DNA of 61,568 nt, counting the filler, from Bipalium vagum (Eukaryota): assembly GCA_037834085.1 (NCBI GenBank). It is 3 parts of 3 records of this genome, joined end to end, with 100 filler letters (N's around TTAATTAATTAA, not from the genome) between each part and the next. Parts side by side here need not be neighbours in the genome. Positions count along the whole stretch, not along the records: positions 1 to 19,362 come from JBBMKC010004398.1; positions 19,463 to 36,162 come from JBBMKC010097517.1; 1 more part is not named here. One strand, written 5' to 3'. The first letter of the stretch is position 1, and each line of letters opens with the position of its first letter. The notes under the pieces were generated by a model, which was not told the origin of the DNA, did not search any database, and was given only the letters and a program-made list of their open reading frames with translations. The position numbers were made by a program, and so were the translations under genes. Shown piece after piece: positions 12,130-24,489 of this stretch.

Positions 12130-12700
12130 TATTAAGGTAGTCGGAAAGTCTGGAGCATTCTAATAATTTCTAAATTAAATAATTAATATTTCATCAAAGA
12201 AATACTAAAAAATTAATTTAAAAAGCTTTGTTTATACGATTTTCAACTAAGACTTGTCACAACAAGGAGACCCGAAACATTTAAAAATAGGAAATTATTC
12301 TGTGATATACAAATTGTTTTTAGTGACTTAAAAAGGTGATGGTATTACCTTCGTTTTAACGGTTATTTCAAGAAACCAAAGTCATTTTTCTCCATAATAA
12401 AGCAAAACCATATACTTCAAATATAGTCAAAACCACTATCCAAGAACTTGATTGAAAGGTTCTTTAGCACCCACCATATTTCCCAGTTATTGCACCAACA
12501 GATTTCTATGGCTCTCTAACTAAATGAAAGATATTATTTTTGAGTAGGAAAAGAACTTTAAAAAGTGACTTCTAAGTAGTCTAACGATCATTGGAATAAA
12601 AGATTTGAGAATGTCTTAAAAAATAATGGAAACTACATTATCGTTTGTTTTTTCATTATTATTTTTAAATAACATGTTTTACTTATAAATATATTACACG
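12130..12700 (+). mobile_element. Internally deleted mariner remnant
   Basis: TIR-like ttaaggtagtcggaaagtc; FLHNKAKPYT...ELD*KVL*HPPYFPVIAPTDF. Confidence 0.75.
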
Positions 12701-12829
12701 TGTTCCAAAATTATCCTCACATCTTGAAAACGGCTCATGAAACCATTCATTTGATAGTTAAATTTATTTTTACTGTCCTAGACATCATCATAATTTATAT
12801 ATAGGTAATGTATATGAAGTTTATAATCA

Positions 12830-13330
12830 TGCGAATAATATTATCATGTCTTCTCAACAATTAGTCCCTTTGATAATGATTGATAGAACTTTGAATGATG
12901 AGAAATATGCTTAAGAAATTATTGAGAAGAATGTTGTTAACTTTAAAAAACATCACAACAACTTCTGGTTCCAGCATGACAACGCACATCCTCATTTTTG
13001 TGAAGTTACCATCGCTGCTTTAAAACAAAATACAACTAATATCATTCCATGACTGCTGCGCTCTCCAGATCTCTCCGTTATACAACATTTTTTGGATGTA
13101 CTTGGCAATAGATTGCGAAAACGGAGTATGTGGAACCACCGGCTTCCCGGGAATCTTTAAAACATTGACTGAAAGAGCAGTGAATATAGTTCCTTTTGAA
13201 GCCTTCAAGTTTTTGTTCGACAGTATGCCACGCCGAATTGCGGATTGTGCAGAAAAGAATGGTGGTCATATATCATACTGTTGGAAATTTGATCAATAAA
13301 TGTTTTTTTGACATTTGTATGTTCGTTTTT
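12830..13330 (+). mobile_element. Tc1-like transposase remnant (3' part)
   Basis: FWFQHDNAHPH, SPDLSVIQHFW, and FDSMPRRIADCAEKNGGHISY (typical Tc1 C-terminus). Confidence 0.8.
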
Positions 13331-14139
13331 AATAAGGATAACTTACAGGGTATTGCAAATTAATAGTTGCATGTTTTCATTGCATTTCTATTTCAACTGT
13401 ATTCAGAAAATTAAAGATGAATATCACCCGAAAAAGATTAACTTTAATTCCGGAGGAACGCAATACCAAGGAGAGAATTGATGAAAGAGCCATTTACGCA
13501 GGTCTCTCAGCACTGTAGCAGACAAGATAAATCCTCATCAAAACAAACATTTATCTATGAAAAACCTCTTGATTCGAGGAAAATCTGCTTCCGGTACAAT
13601 GTTTCTCCTTCTTTTTTTCTTTTTTTCTGTATTCGTCAGGTTGACAGTGTTTATATATTGATTAAAAGCGGCCTTTCGGCTACAGGGATTCCACAACAGA
13701 GCAAAAAGACCGCTCGTTGCCTGGTCATCTACTGCAACCAGGGTCTTACACTATTTAAGTCAGATGAAATTACATTGGTAATTAAAAATATCGTATCTTC
13801 CGAGGAACAATAGTATTTATTTCACAGTATTGCATCTGCGCAAAGATTTAAAAAGAAATATTAAGTTTTACCTTATTGTGTTTTAAATCATTTTTCTAAG
13901 TGGGAGATCATTTTGACTCACAATATATTATTGAAAATCACAAAAAATTATGCTACAACCTAATATATTTAATAAATTTTATTTAGATAGACTTATTATC
14001 TCTTGATCTAGTTAACCCAAAATCCCAAATGAAGCAAGCGTTTACATTTTGATACATCACATAATATCAGAAAAAATTAATCAGTTAAAGAGGTTGATTA
14101 TAACTTTTATGTAAAGTAAATGTATATAAATATTAAAAA

Positions 14140-14692
14140 GTACACCAGAAAAAGACAATGCTCACAGTATGGTTGTCTATAGCTTGTGTCATATATTTTT
14201 CGTTACTAAAGCAAGGTGAAACTATTAACTGTGACAATATTGTTCTAAAATTGAAATAATGCAGAAAACATTATGTATTAAACAACCGTCACTAATCAAT
14301 AGAAAAGGAGTCACCCTATTACATGACAATGCAAGACCACATGTGGAAAAGAAGACGTTGCAAAACTTGAAATACTTAAACATTGAAATTTTACCACATC
14401 CTCCTTATTCACTAGGCTTATCTCCGACCGATTACCATTTTTTAAGCATTTGGATAATTTGTTGGTTCAAAGAATTATTGCTGATCATGGTGATGTCTAT
14501 ATCACCATATCCGAATTCCTGGACTCCATAAATTCAGATTTTTATGTAAATGTGATTCTGAAATTTGTCTCTAGATGGGGAAAATGTGTAGAATCCATTT
14601 TTGAATATTTTATTTAAATAAAAATTTTTTTGGACTTTTTAAAATTTTTTTATTTATTACACAATCGGACATTTCATATGGAACACTTAATA
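14140..14692 (+). mobile_element. Mariner 3' half
   Basis: LLHDNARPHV...ILPHPPYSLGLSPTDYHF; TIR-like end cggacatttcatatggaacacttaata. Confidence 0.9.
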
Positions 14693-15219
14693 AATATATT
14701 TTTGCTTAAAAAGGACTTACAAAAATCCGAATACAAAAATAAACATGTTTTTTATTTCTAAAAGTATTTTCTTTTAAAAATAAAAATAATAATATTGTTA
14801 GCTAAAACTTAATCTGTTAGAAGAATTGACTATTACTTAACCTCAACCGAGCTCACAATCAGCAAATTTGTAAAGACTTCCTTCACATTCATTTGCATCT
14901 TTTCGTTCTTATTTAATTTCATTTTTCGAGCAGAAGAAAGGAGCAGTGTCCTATTGGCTTATGGTAAAAATCTTATTAAAATTTGTTTACTTTTTATTTT
15001 TTTAATTTAGGAATTATAATTCTTTAAAAATTCTTTATATTTTTACTTTTATTTATTCTTTATATCATCAAAATTTTTTAAAAAATATTATTTTTTCATT
15101 TATATATTTTAATAAATACTTATTATTTGTTTAATCTCAATTATTTTTATGTTCCCAACAATTATCAAAAATTATCTTGACTAAAGACGTTCTTAAAATA
15201 ATTTTCAATGATAAAGATA

Positions 15220-16435
15220 CAGGCTTTTTAATTCAAGTTGGAATAATTGTAATTCTATTTAGTACATTTTTAATTCAAATTCGTTTGTTTTAATTCAAGT
15301 TGATACATTTTTAATTCAAATTCGTATTTTATCTATTATTCTCTATTATTGGTAATTGGCTATGAAATTTATTGTATTTTTTCCATTTCCTCATTTTTAG
15401 ATTAGATCATGAATAGTTCAGACTGATATGAAGATTATACGTGTATCAATTAAGAGGTTACAGAGAATAAACATTATAAAATTATCAATAATGACTCAAG
15501 ACATAAAATTGTCTCAAATTATCAAAATAATATGAACCAAAGTTCTATTTCCAAAAATGAAAACCTACCTAAAAGTACATTAAGCCGCACAATTACAACA
15601 TTCAAAGCACCAGGTGAATTTACGGGGGGAAACGAGGTTGAAAAAAATATCATAAGATAAATTATGAAATAAAAACTTTCATCCAAGAGATTGTAGATAA
15701 TGATTGCACAGAAACATTACGGAATATTCAAAAAGTAATTTTTGAAAAGTTTCAGGTAAAAATATGCCTAGCTATAGTAAGAACCCTACATTACAACTTG
15801 AAAATGCAAAAGATGATCACAGAGAAAAGAAATGATTCCAAAACAATTGAACTTCGGAAACAATATGCATTACTGTTTGATACGTTGGATGATGAATTTT
15901 CTGACCCTAATATTTGACCATGAGAGTTATTAAAGGCAGGGCAAAGATTGGTTCAATATCAGTAACAACAGTTAAAAATAATAAATCTAAAAATGCAAGT
16001 GTTTGATGTGATATATCAAGAAATGGAATGTCCTTTCATGAAATTAATTACAAGCCTTACAGTAGTAGCTCATTTCGGAGATACATAAATAATTTTTTTG
16101 AATATATTGAAAACGAAACAGTCAGTAAATGTGTGGTTATAATGGACAACTTTCCTTTTCACAAGTGTAGCAGTGACAGAGATTTTTCAAGGAAAGGGAC
16201 ATTCTATAAAATACCTTTCACTCTACTCTCCAATGCTGAACCCAATCGAAAATATGTTTTGAAATGGAAGAATTTTGTAAAAGAAACAATTGTACTTCAG
16301 AAGATGAATTATTATATGCCATGAAAGAAGAACTAGATACAATTACTAGGGACACGGTGAAAGATAGTTTCGAAATATGAAATCCTAAAATACGAATTTG
16401 AAATTAAATAGTTCCGACTTGAATTAAAAACCCTG
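15220..16435 (+). mobile_element. Full-length degenerate IS630/Tc1-type (DDE_3) element with TIRs and TA TSD
   Basis: TA-CAGGCTTTTTAATTCAAGTTGGAA ... TTCCGACTTGAATTAAAAACCCTG-TA; VVIMDNFPFHK and frameshifted KYLSLYSPMLNPIENMF; subterminal TTTTTAATTCAA repeats. Confidence 0.85.
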
Positions 16436-16489
16436 TAAATATTAATTGAAATATATAATAGTTTTAAATTATGAAGATTAATGGCAGGG

Positions 16490-17290
16490 GTTCGTTAAAT
16501 AATTATTTATTATTAGAGGTTAATTTTCCTATCATGAAAATTAATATTTGAAGCCATCACTGATTCTCTTTTTATGTTTCACCCTAATAATTATATCCAT
16601 CTATTATGTCATAAAGTATGAAAGTAGATTTATTAAAGAAATCTTTGATAAGGACCAATTTATTTAATGAAAGTAAGCACCTTCAGCAAGTATATGCGTC
16701 TGTCACTTTGTTGGCAGATCGGAGATGCTTTTTATCAAAAAACTCAGGTTTCAGAGATTCGATGAATTGCATAAAGGCATTTTGGACAGCCTCGGGAGAA
16801 AATAAATTTTTCCCTTTAAAAAGTTATCCAGATTCCTAAAAGAAATAATATTCGGTATGTGCATGGTCTGGGGAATAAGGAAAATGATTAACGGTTTACA
16901 AATTCATCTCCAAGTTTATTAGTTTCACTCGCTTTGCAATGTATGAACAATAGAAAATTCCCTCTAGTCTTTTATCTTGACTTATCTATTAAAAGTCATA
17001 TCGATCTTCCAATTTGTTCTATACTCTTTCGAATTTAAAACAATATTTTGTTGTTTGAACTCCAATAACGTGTTACTTTTTGTTCATCTTACTGTCTTAA
17101 AAGAGAATTTTACAAATTGAAAGATCTCTAATTCTTATTTTACTCAAATTTTAAGCTTCAATGAATAATTACCCCATGAAATCTCAATGTTCTATTTATT
17201 TTTTTAAAATATTGTTTTGGATTTTTCTATTCTAAAAAAATTTTTCAACTTGGAAAGTGATAAGCTATCCCTAATTTTTCTGCCAATAAT
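16490..17290 (-). mobile_element. Degenerate mariner remnant
   Basis: Minus strand reads HFPYSPDHAHTEYYFF at ~16840-16885; boundaries approximate. Confidence 0.6.
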
Positions 17291-17373
17291 GGCACAAATA
17301 TTTTCTTTTTTTAATCTAAAATTTTTCTCAAAAAGTTAATTACACAGATAAATGAACAGAAAATCTTTAAATA

Positions 17374-18667
17374 CAAAGCGCGTAAAAAGTCTGTTCACCC
17401 CCTATCAAAAATACTAATTTTGATTTATATTTCAATTTAATTATAAATAGTTGTTTAAATATTAACTTTTTGTAAAGATATTTAAATAATGTAATCAAAT
17501 ATAACATATTTTTAAATTATATTTGTCAAAAAATCTACAAATTTATTGTTTTAGATAAATAAAATGTCTAGATATTTAACAGAATTACAAAGATGTTGCA
17601 TTTTTGCATTACGGAATAATGAATATTCTTGGACTGAAATATGTCAATAAATCTTGGAAAAGTACAACAAGACGGTGACAAAACTTGGCATGCAATATAT
17701 TTGGAAGAAATATCTCGAAACAGGTTCGGTGAGTGATAGGATGAGAAAAGGCAGACCAACCATTGTTTCACCACTAGCTTCACGAGCTATAAGATGCATT
17801 TACAAAGCGAACCGCTTTGCATCTGTTCCTTATATCACCAATAGGTACAATTCAAGTTATGTCAGAAATGTATCTGTCAATACCGTCCAGAAAATTCTGA
17901 AAAAAAAATATGGTTTTCGAAGTTTTACAGAAATTAAGAAGCCATATTTGAAAATGCATCAACGATTCAAAAGACTTTCCTGGGTTAAGACTTACAGTGC
18001 TTGGGATGCAGATAAATGGGGAGATGTAGTATTCAGCAATGAGTGTTTCTTTCAATCCTATTCGCATTTGAAAAGTATAACCCTACCTTTACCCACCCAG
18101 TTATGGGAAATGGCCCATCCATTCATGTCTGGGGTTGCTTCAGCAGTAATGGAGTTGGATTTCTAAAAAAAATCACTGGAAATATGAATGCCGAGAGATA
18201 TCAAAAAGACATTTTTCATGACTTAGATCTAGTTGGCAAATGCTTAGTCTTTCCAAAAGCAGCATTCGTTTTTCAACAAGATTTAGCTTCTCCTCATAAG
18301 GCCAAAAGTACCCAGGCTTTCCTAAAAAATAAAAATATTGAGTCTTACCTTGGCCAGGTAATTCTCCTGACCTGAATCCCATAGAAAATATCTGGGGTAT
18401 CCTTAAACGTCAACTAAGTCCAATGAAACATAATTGTGCTGAAGATTTATGGAATGAGATCAAAAACAAATGGTACAACCTTTCTCGTAACACATGCCAG
18501 AAAATTGTGAACTCAATGCCCAAAAGATTAAAATTGGTCAAGGAATCCAAGGGATATCCTATTTAATATTAAGACTTGTTCATTTAATAAATTTCGTTGT
18601 TTAAAATATTCTTTTCAATAAAAATTAGTTTTTTTTTAGGGGCTGAACAGACTTTTTACTAGCACTG
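17374..18667 (+). mobile_element. Full-length Tc1 (DD34E-type) element with a frameshifted transposase pseudogene
   Basis: TIRs gtaaaaagtctgttcacccct / aggggctgaacagactttttac flanked by TA. ORF pieces from ATG 17564: RKGRP, VVFSNEC, HVWGCFS, VFQQDLASPH, WPGNSPDLNPIENIW. Confidence 0.93.
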
Positions 18668-19362
18668 TAATTAGTGATATTCACTTTTTACTTTTTATTG
18701 TTAATGTGAAAGAATCCTTCCCCGGAAAACAATTAAAAAGAAATTAAATAAAAATTAAATGGAATAAAATATAAATAAATAAAAAAAATAATTATTACTA
18801 TTGTTGCGGTTATTATTTTTATTGTTATCATCAATTAAAACAAAAAAATCTAAATATAAAAATACAGAAAAATAATTTAGTAAGTATAACTTACTAAAAA
18901 TAGATTTTATACATATAATTTAATGATAGAAAATATAAATAGAAATATATTGATAAAAAATTATAAATTTAGTAAAAAAATATTACTAAAAATAAAACAA
19001 TAATTAAAAAATGTATATATATAAATATAAATTGAAAATAACAAATTGCACTTACAATTACAAGACAAACGAGCTCCTGCATAATTAAATCCATCACGGC
19101 AATATATTAGATCAAAATAAATATTCAAAATAAATCACCCACGAAGATCAAATTGAATATAAATATGATTAAGGCAACAATTTGAAAACACATTCACAAG
19201 TTATTTATGCGAACAAGTAAAATTTCTTTATTTATTATAATCTTATTATTATATTTTTTCTTATAATTTAAATTTTTGTAATTAGTATAGGTTGCGTGAA
19301 AAGTTCTGAAAGCGAAAAAGAAAAAACGTAAATTTTTTATTTAAATTCATATTATTATATAA

Positions 19363-19462
19363 NNNNNNNNNNNNNNNNNNNNNNNNNNNNNNNNNNNNNN
19401 NNNNNNTTAATTAATTAANNNNNNNNNNNNNNNNNNNNNNNNNNNNNNNNNNNNNNNNNNNN
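19363..19462. other. Assembly gap / artificial scaffold linker
   Basis: N44 + TTAATTAATTAA (stops in all six frames) + N44 = 100 bp. Confidence 0.97.
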
Positions 19463-19500
19463 TTATTATTATTATTATTATCATTATTATTATTATTATT
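19463..19500. repeat. (TTA)n microsatellite at contig edge
   Basis: Seen directly in the sequence. Confidence 0.9.
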
Positions 19501-19809
19501 CATTTTTGTGTTCGATTATTATCGTTTTAGCTATTGACTTGATTTTTGTCGTTGTGTTGATTATTCGAAATTGAAGATATTTTGTTTTGAGTGATTATTC
19601 GAAATACTTTTGGGTGATAAACGGATTTTGGAGAGATTTTTGTTGTTGCATCAGTCTGTTGTTAGATTTATAATTGTTTTATTGTGATCTTTTTGATTCA
19701 ATTTTTGGGTGCGGAATAAGTATTATTGTGGGAGTTTTGATTCAAATTGAGTTTTACTTTGTGTAGAGACAATAGAATTACAAGCAAGAAATTGTTAAGT
19801 TGTTAAGTT

Positions 19810-20345
19810 ACAACGAAAAAATGAATGCTGATGTTTAATTCAAATACGTGAATATGATTTCAAGCCTTGGATTGATTCAAACTACCATTCTGAGGATCCA
19901 GTTGTGTTCACCCAAGATGAGGCTCCATGTCATATATACAAAAGACTCAGAACTGGTTTGAGAACAATATGCTGAATTTCTGGCCAAAGGATCTGTGGCC
20001 TCCTAATTCTCCAAATATTAATCTCTTGGATTTTTTCTATCTGGGCGAATCTTCAACCTAATGCTTGTAATAAGCCACATACCAACATCAATGCTCTCAA
20101 GGTTAGTTTAATCAAAGCCTATGAGGAATTATCCGAAGAATCTATTGTGACGACATGCCAAAGATTCCGAACAAGGATTGAAAAAATTATTCAAAATAAT
20201 GGTGAATTAATTGAATAAATAAAATCTGTATATATCTATTTTCATTATGTATAATGATATTTGTTGTATAAATAAAAGTATTTCTTCGAAATTCTTAGTT
20301 GAGATTTGTTTTGCAAAAAGTCGAAATTTTTATTCCACACCCCGT
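19810..20345 (+). mobile_element. DD37D (maT-like) transposon 3' remnant
   Basis: FTQDEAPCH..KTQNWF, frameshifted WPPNSPNINLLDFF (third catalytic residue D), and RIEKIIQNNGELIE*; TIR-like end attccacaccccgta. Confidence 0.75.
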
Positions 20346-22349
20346 ATATGTAAGTAGTGTGTAAATGAAGTTTTAAAAATCGTAGATTTTGAGGATTGAT
20401 GTAGAGTTATAATTTTATTTACTCATTCACAGACTAATGGTAGATGACTACTGTAGCATTTGAAGAGGAAGATTAAATGAAGATATTAAAAATATAATCG
20501 CGAACGAATCTAATGAAATATCAAACGATCGAAAGACATTTGGATAAGAAAATCAACAAGAGTTCAGAAATTGATATGCCATTTGTAAGCTTTGATATAT
20601 GTCAGGTAAAGAGACTTAAAGTTCAATATAAATGTCAGTTAAACGGTTGAGGCAATCAACTTTAAAGGTCGATGTCATGTGTAGCATTTATTTCATACGG
20701 AGACAAATAATTATTATAATTAATAGATGAAATTTAATTTTCATAACATGCTATTTCGAAGACATTGGAGACTTTCTTTAAGTCTTATGAATTCTTTGAC
20801 AAATTTGAAATATCAGCATATACAAAAATAATTTTAAAAATATTAAAATTCTTTAATAAATTAAAAATATTCTGAAATTGAATCTTAATAATATTTTATA
20901 AATAAATACAAATATATATTAGAAAATTATTTTTTCCCAAACTCGAAAATTTTATTATTTATTAAGCTTATCCCTATATTTATTAAGAGCTGTACTATAG
21001 GTTCTATTGTACTATATTTAAACACCGGACTTTGTATTCATTGAAACAATAAAATGAATACATTTAACAAAGGTCAGTCAAAAGAAAAGTACATTTTCTG
21101 CTATATTCACATGAAAATTGAATTACTGTTTCTTAAAAGTGTTTTGTGGGGGCCACGAAATCTCCCACATTTATGGAGTTTGTAAATTGACGAAAACCTG
21201 AAATCAATCTTTCAACATTTTTCATAATATTGTTAATAAATTTGTTTAAATGACGTTTCAGTTAAATTTTTTAGTTTATAATTTATTTTTTCTTTATGAT
21301 TTTAAAAAATATTTATTAATGAATCTTTTTCTCACGAAGGCTCAGTTTTTGTCACAAATTATTCCCAAACCTATAATCCAAATCAAATCTATCTAAAAGT
21401 TATGCAACATTTTTATTGGGACTGAATTTTTATTTAATATAAACAATTAATTACAAATAATTTGTTTTATTATAATTCTTCGTTATATCATACTTTCTAA
21501 AAACAGTAATAGAAATGAAAATTAGAACCAAAATGATTTGAAAAGTCACAAAAATATTTTGAATTATTTCTTAACAAATTGATGAATTAATTGCCTCCAA
21601 CGTATTCCCACCCCTCCACCGATGCCTCTGCCCACCAATTCTCCAAGACAGAGTCTAAAAAATACAATCAAGATTTATTGCCGTACTTCCAGAAGAGTTT
21701 TTCAAATTCTTTTTCAATTTCAGATGTGAGTCTCCTGGTTACATCGCCTGTGAGCCAGGACTGAAATCTATCCAAACCAAATAATGCGAGGAAAATCAAG
21801 TAACAGTCACAACTCTCTATGCCTAGTCAAGGATTAAGTAAAAAATAGGAATTACTATATACACTGAACAATTTTTTCAGCTCATTTATTGACAGAAATT
21901 CGATTCGACTCTCAAAAAAAAAACTGATGTCTTTTAATTGTTTAAAACGAGAATAATATTTTCCAGTCAGGTTTTTTTGTTGTTAAATAAAATAAGAAAT
22001 AATTTCTTTTTCATAATGATCATATATAATTTTGTCAGGTACGAATTTGTCTATTTTCACTGATAGTAATAAATCAACGAAAAAAATAAATAATTAATAA
22101 ATAATAAACATCTTTCAATTCAATGAACATCTTACAATTATTTGTTTAAATCGATCAACTTCAAACCTTTGATGTGCTGGCTCATTCCAATATAAGACGA
22201 AATAAGAAGAAAAGTGACAGTGAATAAAATAGATTTATTATCTAAAAAATAATTCAAGGTAAAGTAATTGAAAATCTGAATTTCATTCATTCTATGAATC
22301 GTATTCTAAAAGAATCTAAAAAAGAAAAAATTGTCTTTTGTTTTATCAA

Positions 22350-23696
22350 TTAAGAAATATTCTGAGCATAATGAACTAATACTAAATAGTACAACCAGTA
22401 AAAACAATTATACAAAAGAAAACAAGCTGGAAAAAGAAAGCGACTATAACTGTCTAACTCGGAATCTTGAGTCGGGGTTGTTTTGATGGTTTTCTTGTCT
22501 TTGTGAGCGTCCAAAGCGTGGATAATCAGCAGTGATTCCATTTCCGAACAAAATTCAAATCGGTTTCGGTCGAGTGAATTTTTCTGTTGAAGTTGAAAGA
22601 ATTGCTGCTGTTGACAAGCTGAACACCATTTAGCTAATTCGTGACGGACGATTTCTCTAACGTTCTTTTGCCAGCCGTTCGACTTCTTTTTCCTTGTATA
22701 GATACTGGTGATGATGAATTCCAACAAAGCTCCAATAACAAATACTATACAGGCAATAACCCAAACATCAATGGCTTTTATATAACTGACTCTTGGTAAT
22801 GTCGATGATATTCCCGTTGCTTGAGTCAACATTCCTAACAAGGTTACAAGTCCTAAAGTGACTCGGGCTGGTACAGATTCAACATTAATCCAGAAATTCA
22901 ACCACGATACCATGACAATTAAAATACCCGGCACAAAAGTGCTGACAAGATAAGATCCCAATTGTCTTTGCAATTTAAATCTTGCCTTTAAACATGTGTA
23001 TCTACCAGTAGAAGTACTCGATTCATTTGTACAGTCATTTGTATTAACATGGCTTGGGGAATTAAATTCTGATATCTGTAGACCTTGTGAAATGACCATG
23101 GGATCTTCTTCTCTCCAAACAAATTTCAATTCATCGTAAGTATATCCATAACTTCCAATGTCCATCAAACATTCCTGACTGTCCATGGGAAACGTTTGCA
23201 AGTTCATTTCACACGAGAATCGCATGGTTATTTTCTGACTGTAGAGAATTTTTCCATCGGGACGAAGTCTCATGAGATAATTTGGAAGAGTCATTTTGTG
23301 AACATAGCCCTGTTTGCCATTTCTAAAGAATAAATCCGGCAACCAAACCTTCATTTTCAATGATGGAGAAACAATGTTACTGTTGAAATGTTTAAAACTG
23401 TTCAGATTCATCCAAGCCAATCGAGGATCCGTCCATTCTTGACGAAGATAAAGATCAGTTGAATATTCCATTTTCGTGACACTCACCGAATTGATGGCCA
23501 ATATTTTCATGTAAACCAACACTTCTGTTTGATCGTTTTCACTGGGTCTCTCATTCTTTTTATATTTTTTCGGATCAAATATTGTATTGATGATCAGATC
23601 TCGTTGTAAAACAGCTGCACTTTTTTTCTGAGTACTCGAAAACAGAACCATCACATTGCAAGAAACAATTAATATCCAAAGTGGACTGGAATTCAT
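22350..23696 (-). CDS. Anion-selective Cys-loop ligand-gated ion channel subunit, GluCl/glycine-receptor-like (probably lophotrochozoan-type glutamate-gated chloride channel); single-exon CDS
   Basis: 448-aa intact ORF with a signal peptide, W.DPRL, WLPDLFFRN, Cys-loop CEMNLQTFPMDSQEC, loop B SYGY, a second Cys pair in loop C (CTNESSTSTGRYTC), the PAR anion motif, LPRVSYIKAIDVW, and M4 SRFLFPACF..N.FYW.YY. Confidence 0.96.
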   Translation of the reverse strand: MNSSPLWILIVSCNVMVLFSSTQKKSAAVLQRDLIINTIFDPKKYKKNERPSENDQTEVLVYMKILAINSVSVTKMEYSTDLYLRQEWTDPRLAWMNLNSFKHFNSNIVSPSLKMKVWLPDLFFRNGKQGYVHKMTLPNYLMRLRPDGKILYSQKITMRFSCEMNLQTFPMDSQECLMDIGSYGYTYDELKFVWREEDPMVISQGLQISEFNSPSHVNTNDCTNESSTSTGRYTCLKARFKLQRQLGSYLVSTFVPGILIVMVSWLNFWINVESVPARVTLGLVTLLGMLTQATGISSTLPRVSYIKAIDVWVIACIVFVIGALLEFIITSIYTRKKKSNGWQKNVREIVRHELAKWCSACQQQQFFQLQQKNSLDRNRFEFCSEMESLLIIHALDAHKDKKTIKTTPTQDSELDSYSRFLFPACFLLYNCFYWLYYLVLVHYAQNIS

Positions 23697-24489
23697 TCTG
23701 TTCCTGACTGAGCAGATGATAAAAATGATAATTTTTTACTTTAATTAGTACATATATATATTATTTAATTTATATGGATAAAAGAATTAACAGCAGCATA
23801 GACAAATTATTTGCTACCATCAGTAGGGTGAAACAGAAAAAATGTATTTTTCTTCAATCGGCAAACAGTATTGTGAAAATTTCTGTTGCCCCACAGTTTC
23901 AATGAGAAAAAATGAGATACTTTAGCAACACATTTTTTCGATATTACTATTAAAGAAATAAGTGAACGGATACACCACTGCGCTTGAATTCCATGTCGGA
24001 TGTGCCAAGGATTTCCAAAGGGGAAAATCAAGGTCGTTTCTTTATCTGAAAGTTCTATGGATTATTAATAAGGCTTACACTAATACGGCTTACTGAGTAT
24101 ACTATTCCCATGGTATTTTTATTGACATCCGTCATTAATTGTACTGCTTAAAATTTCTCTTTGGATAAGGAAATACCAAACCAAATAACTACGGTTGTCA
24201 ATGACCATATTTTAATAACTGAAAGAACTCTTGTTGATTTTTTGATTGTCATTAAAGGAATACAATGGCCGTTTCACCTTACTCTATTGGGAAATCCATA
24301 TATCATAGTGATTTTTGTTTTGATTATAATTACGACTATTTTTCAATGCAATAATAAATGAAATAATAGAATTGATTTTATTTTTTACCATCATTTATGG
24401 TGACATATGTCATTGCCAAGATTTTGTGTTTTTTGAAGATTTTTAAATATATTTATATTTAAAGGGGTATTGTTTGATTTAAAATAAAT

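Noticed and set aside
13478-13813. 111-aa ORF in a GC-richer block
   Set aside because: No recognisable motif, spans a poly-T tract and has no paralogue here; cannot be supported as a gene.
17654-18375. Programmed frameshift producing an active Tc1 transposase
   Set aside because: An N-terminal stop, more than one frameshift and a mutated first catalytic Asp (FSNE) indicate decay.
19407-19418. Perfect palindrome TTAATTAATTAA, repeated at 36207-36218
   Set aside because: Centred in identical 44-N flanks, so it is an artificial six-frame-stop scaffold linker. Adjacency across these gaps is not guaranteed.
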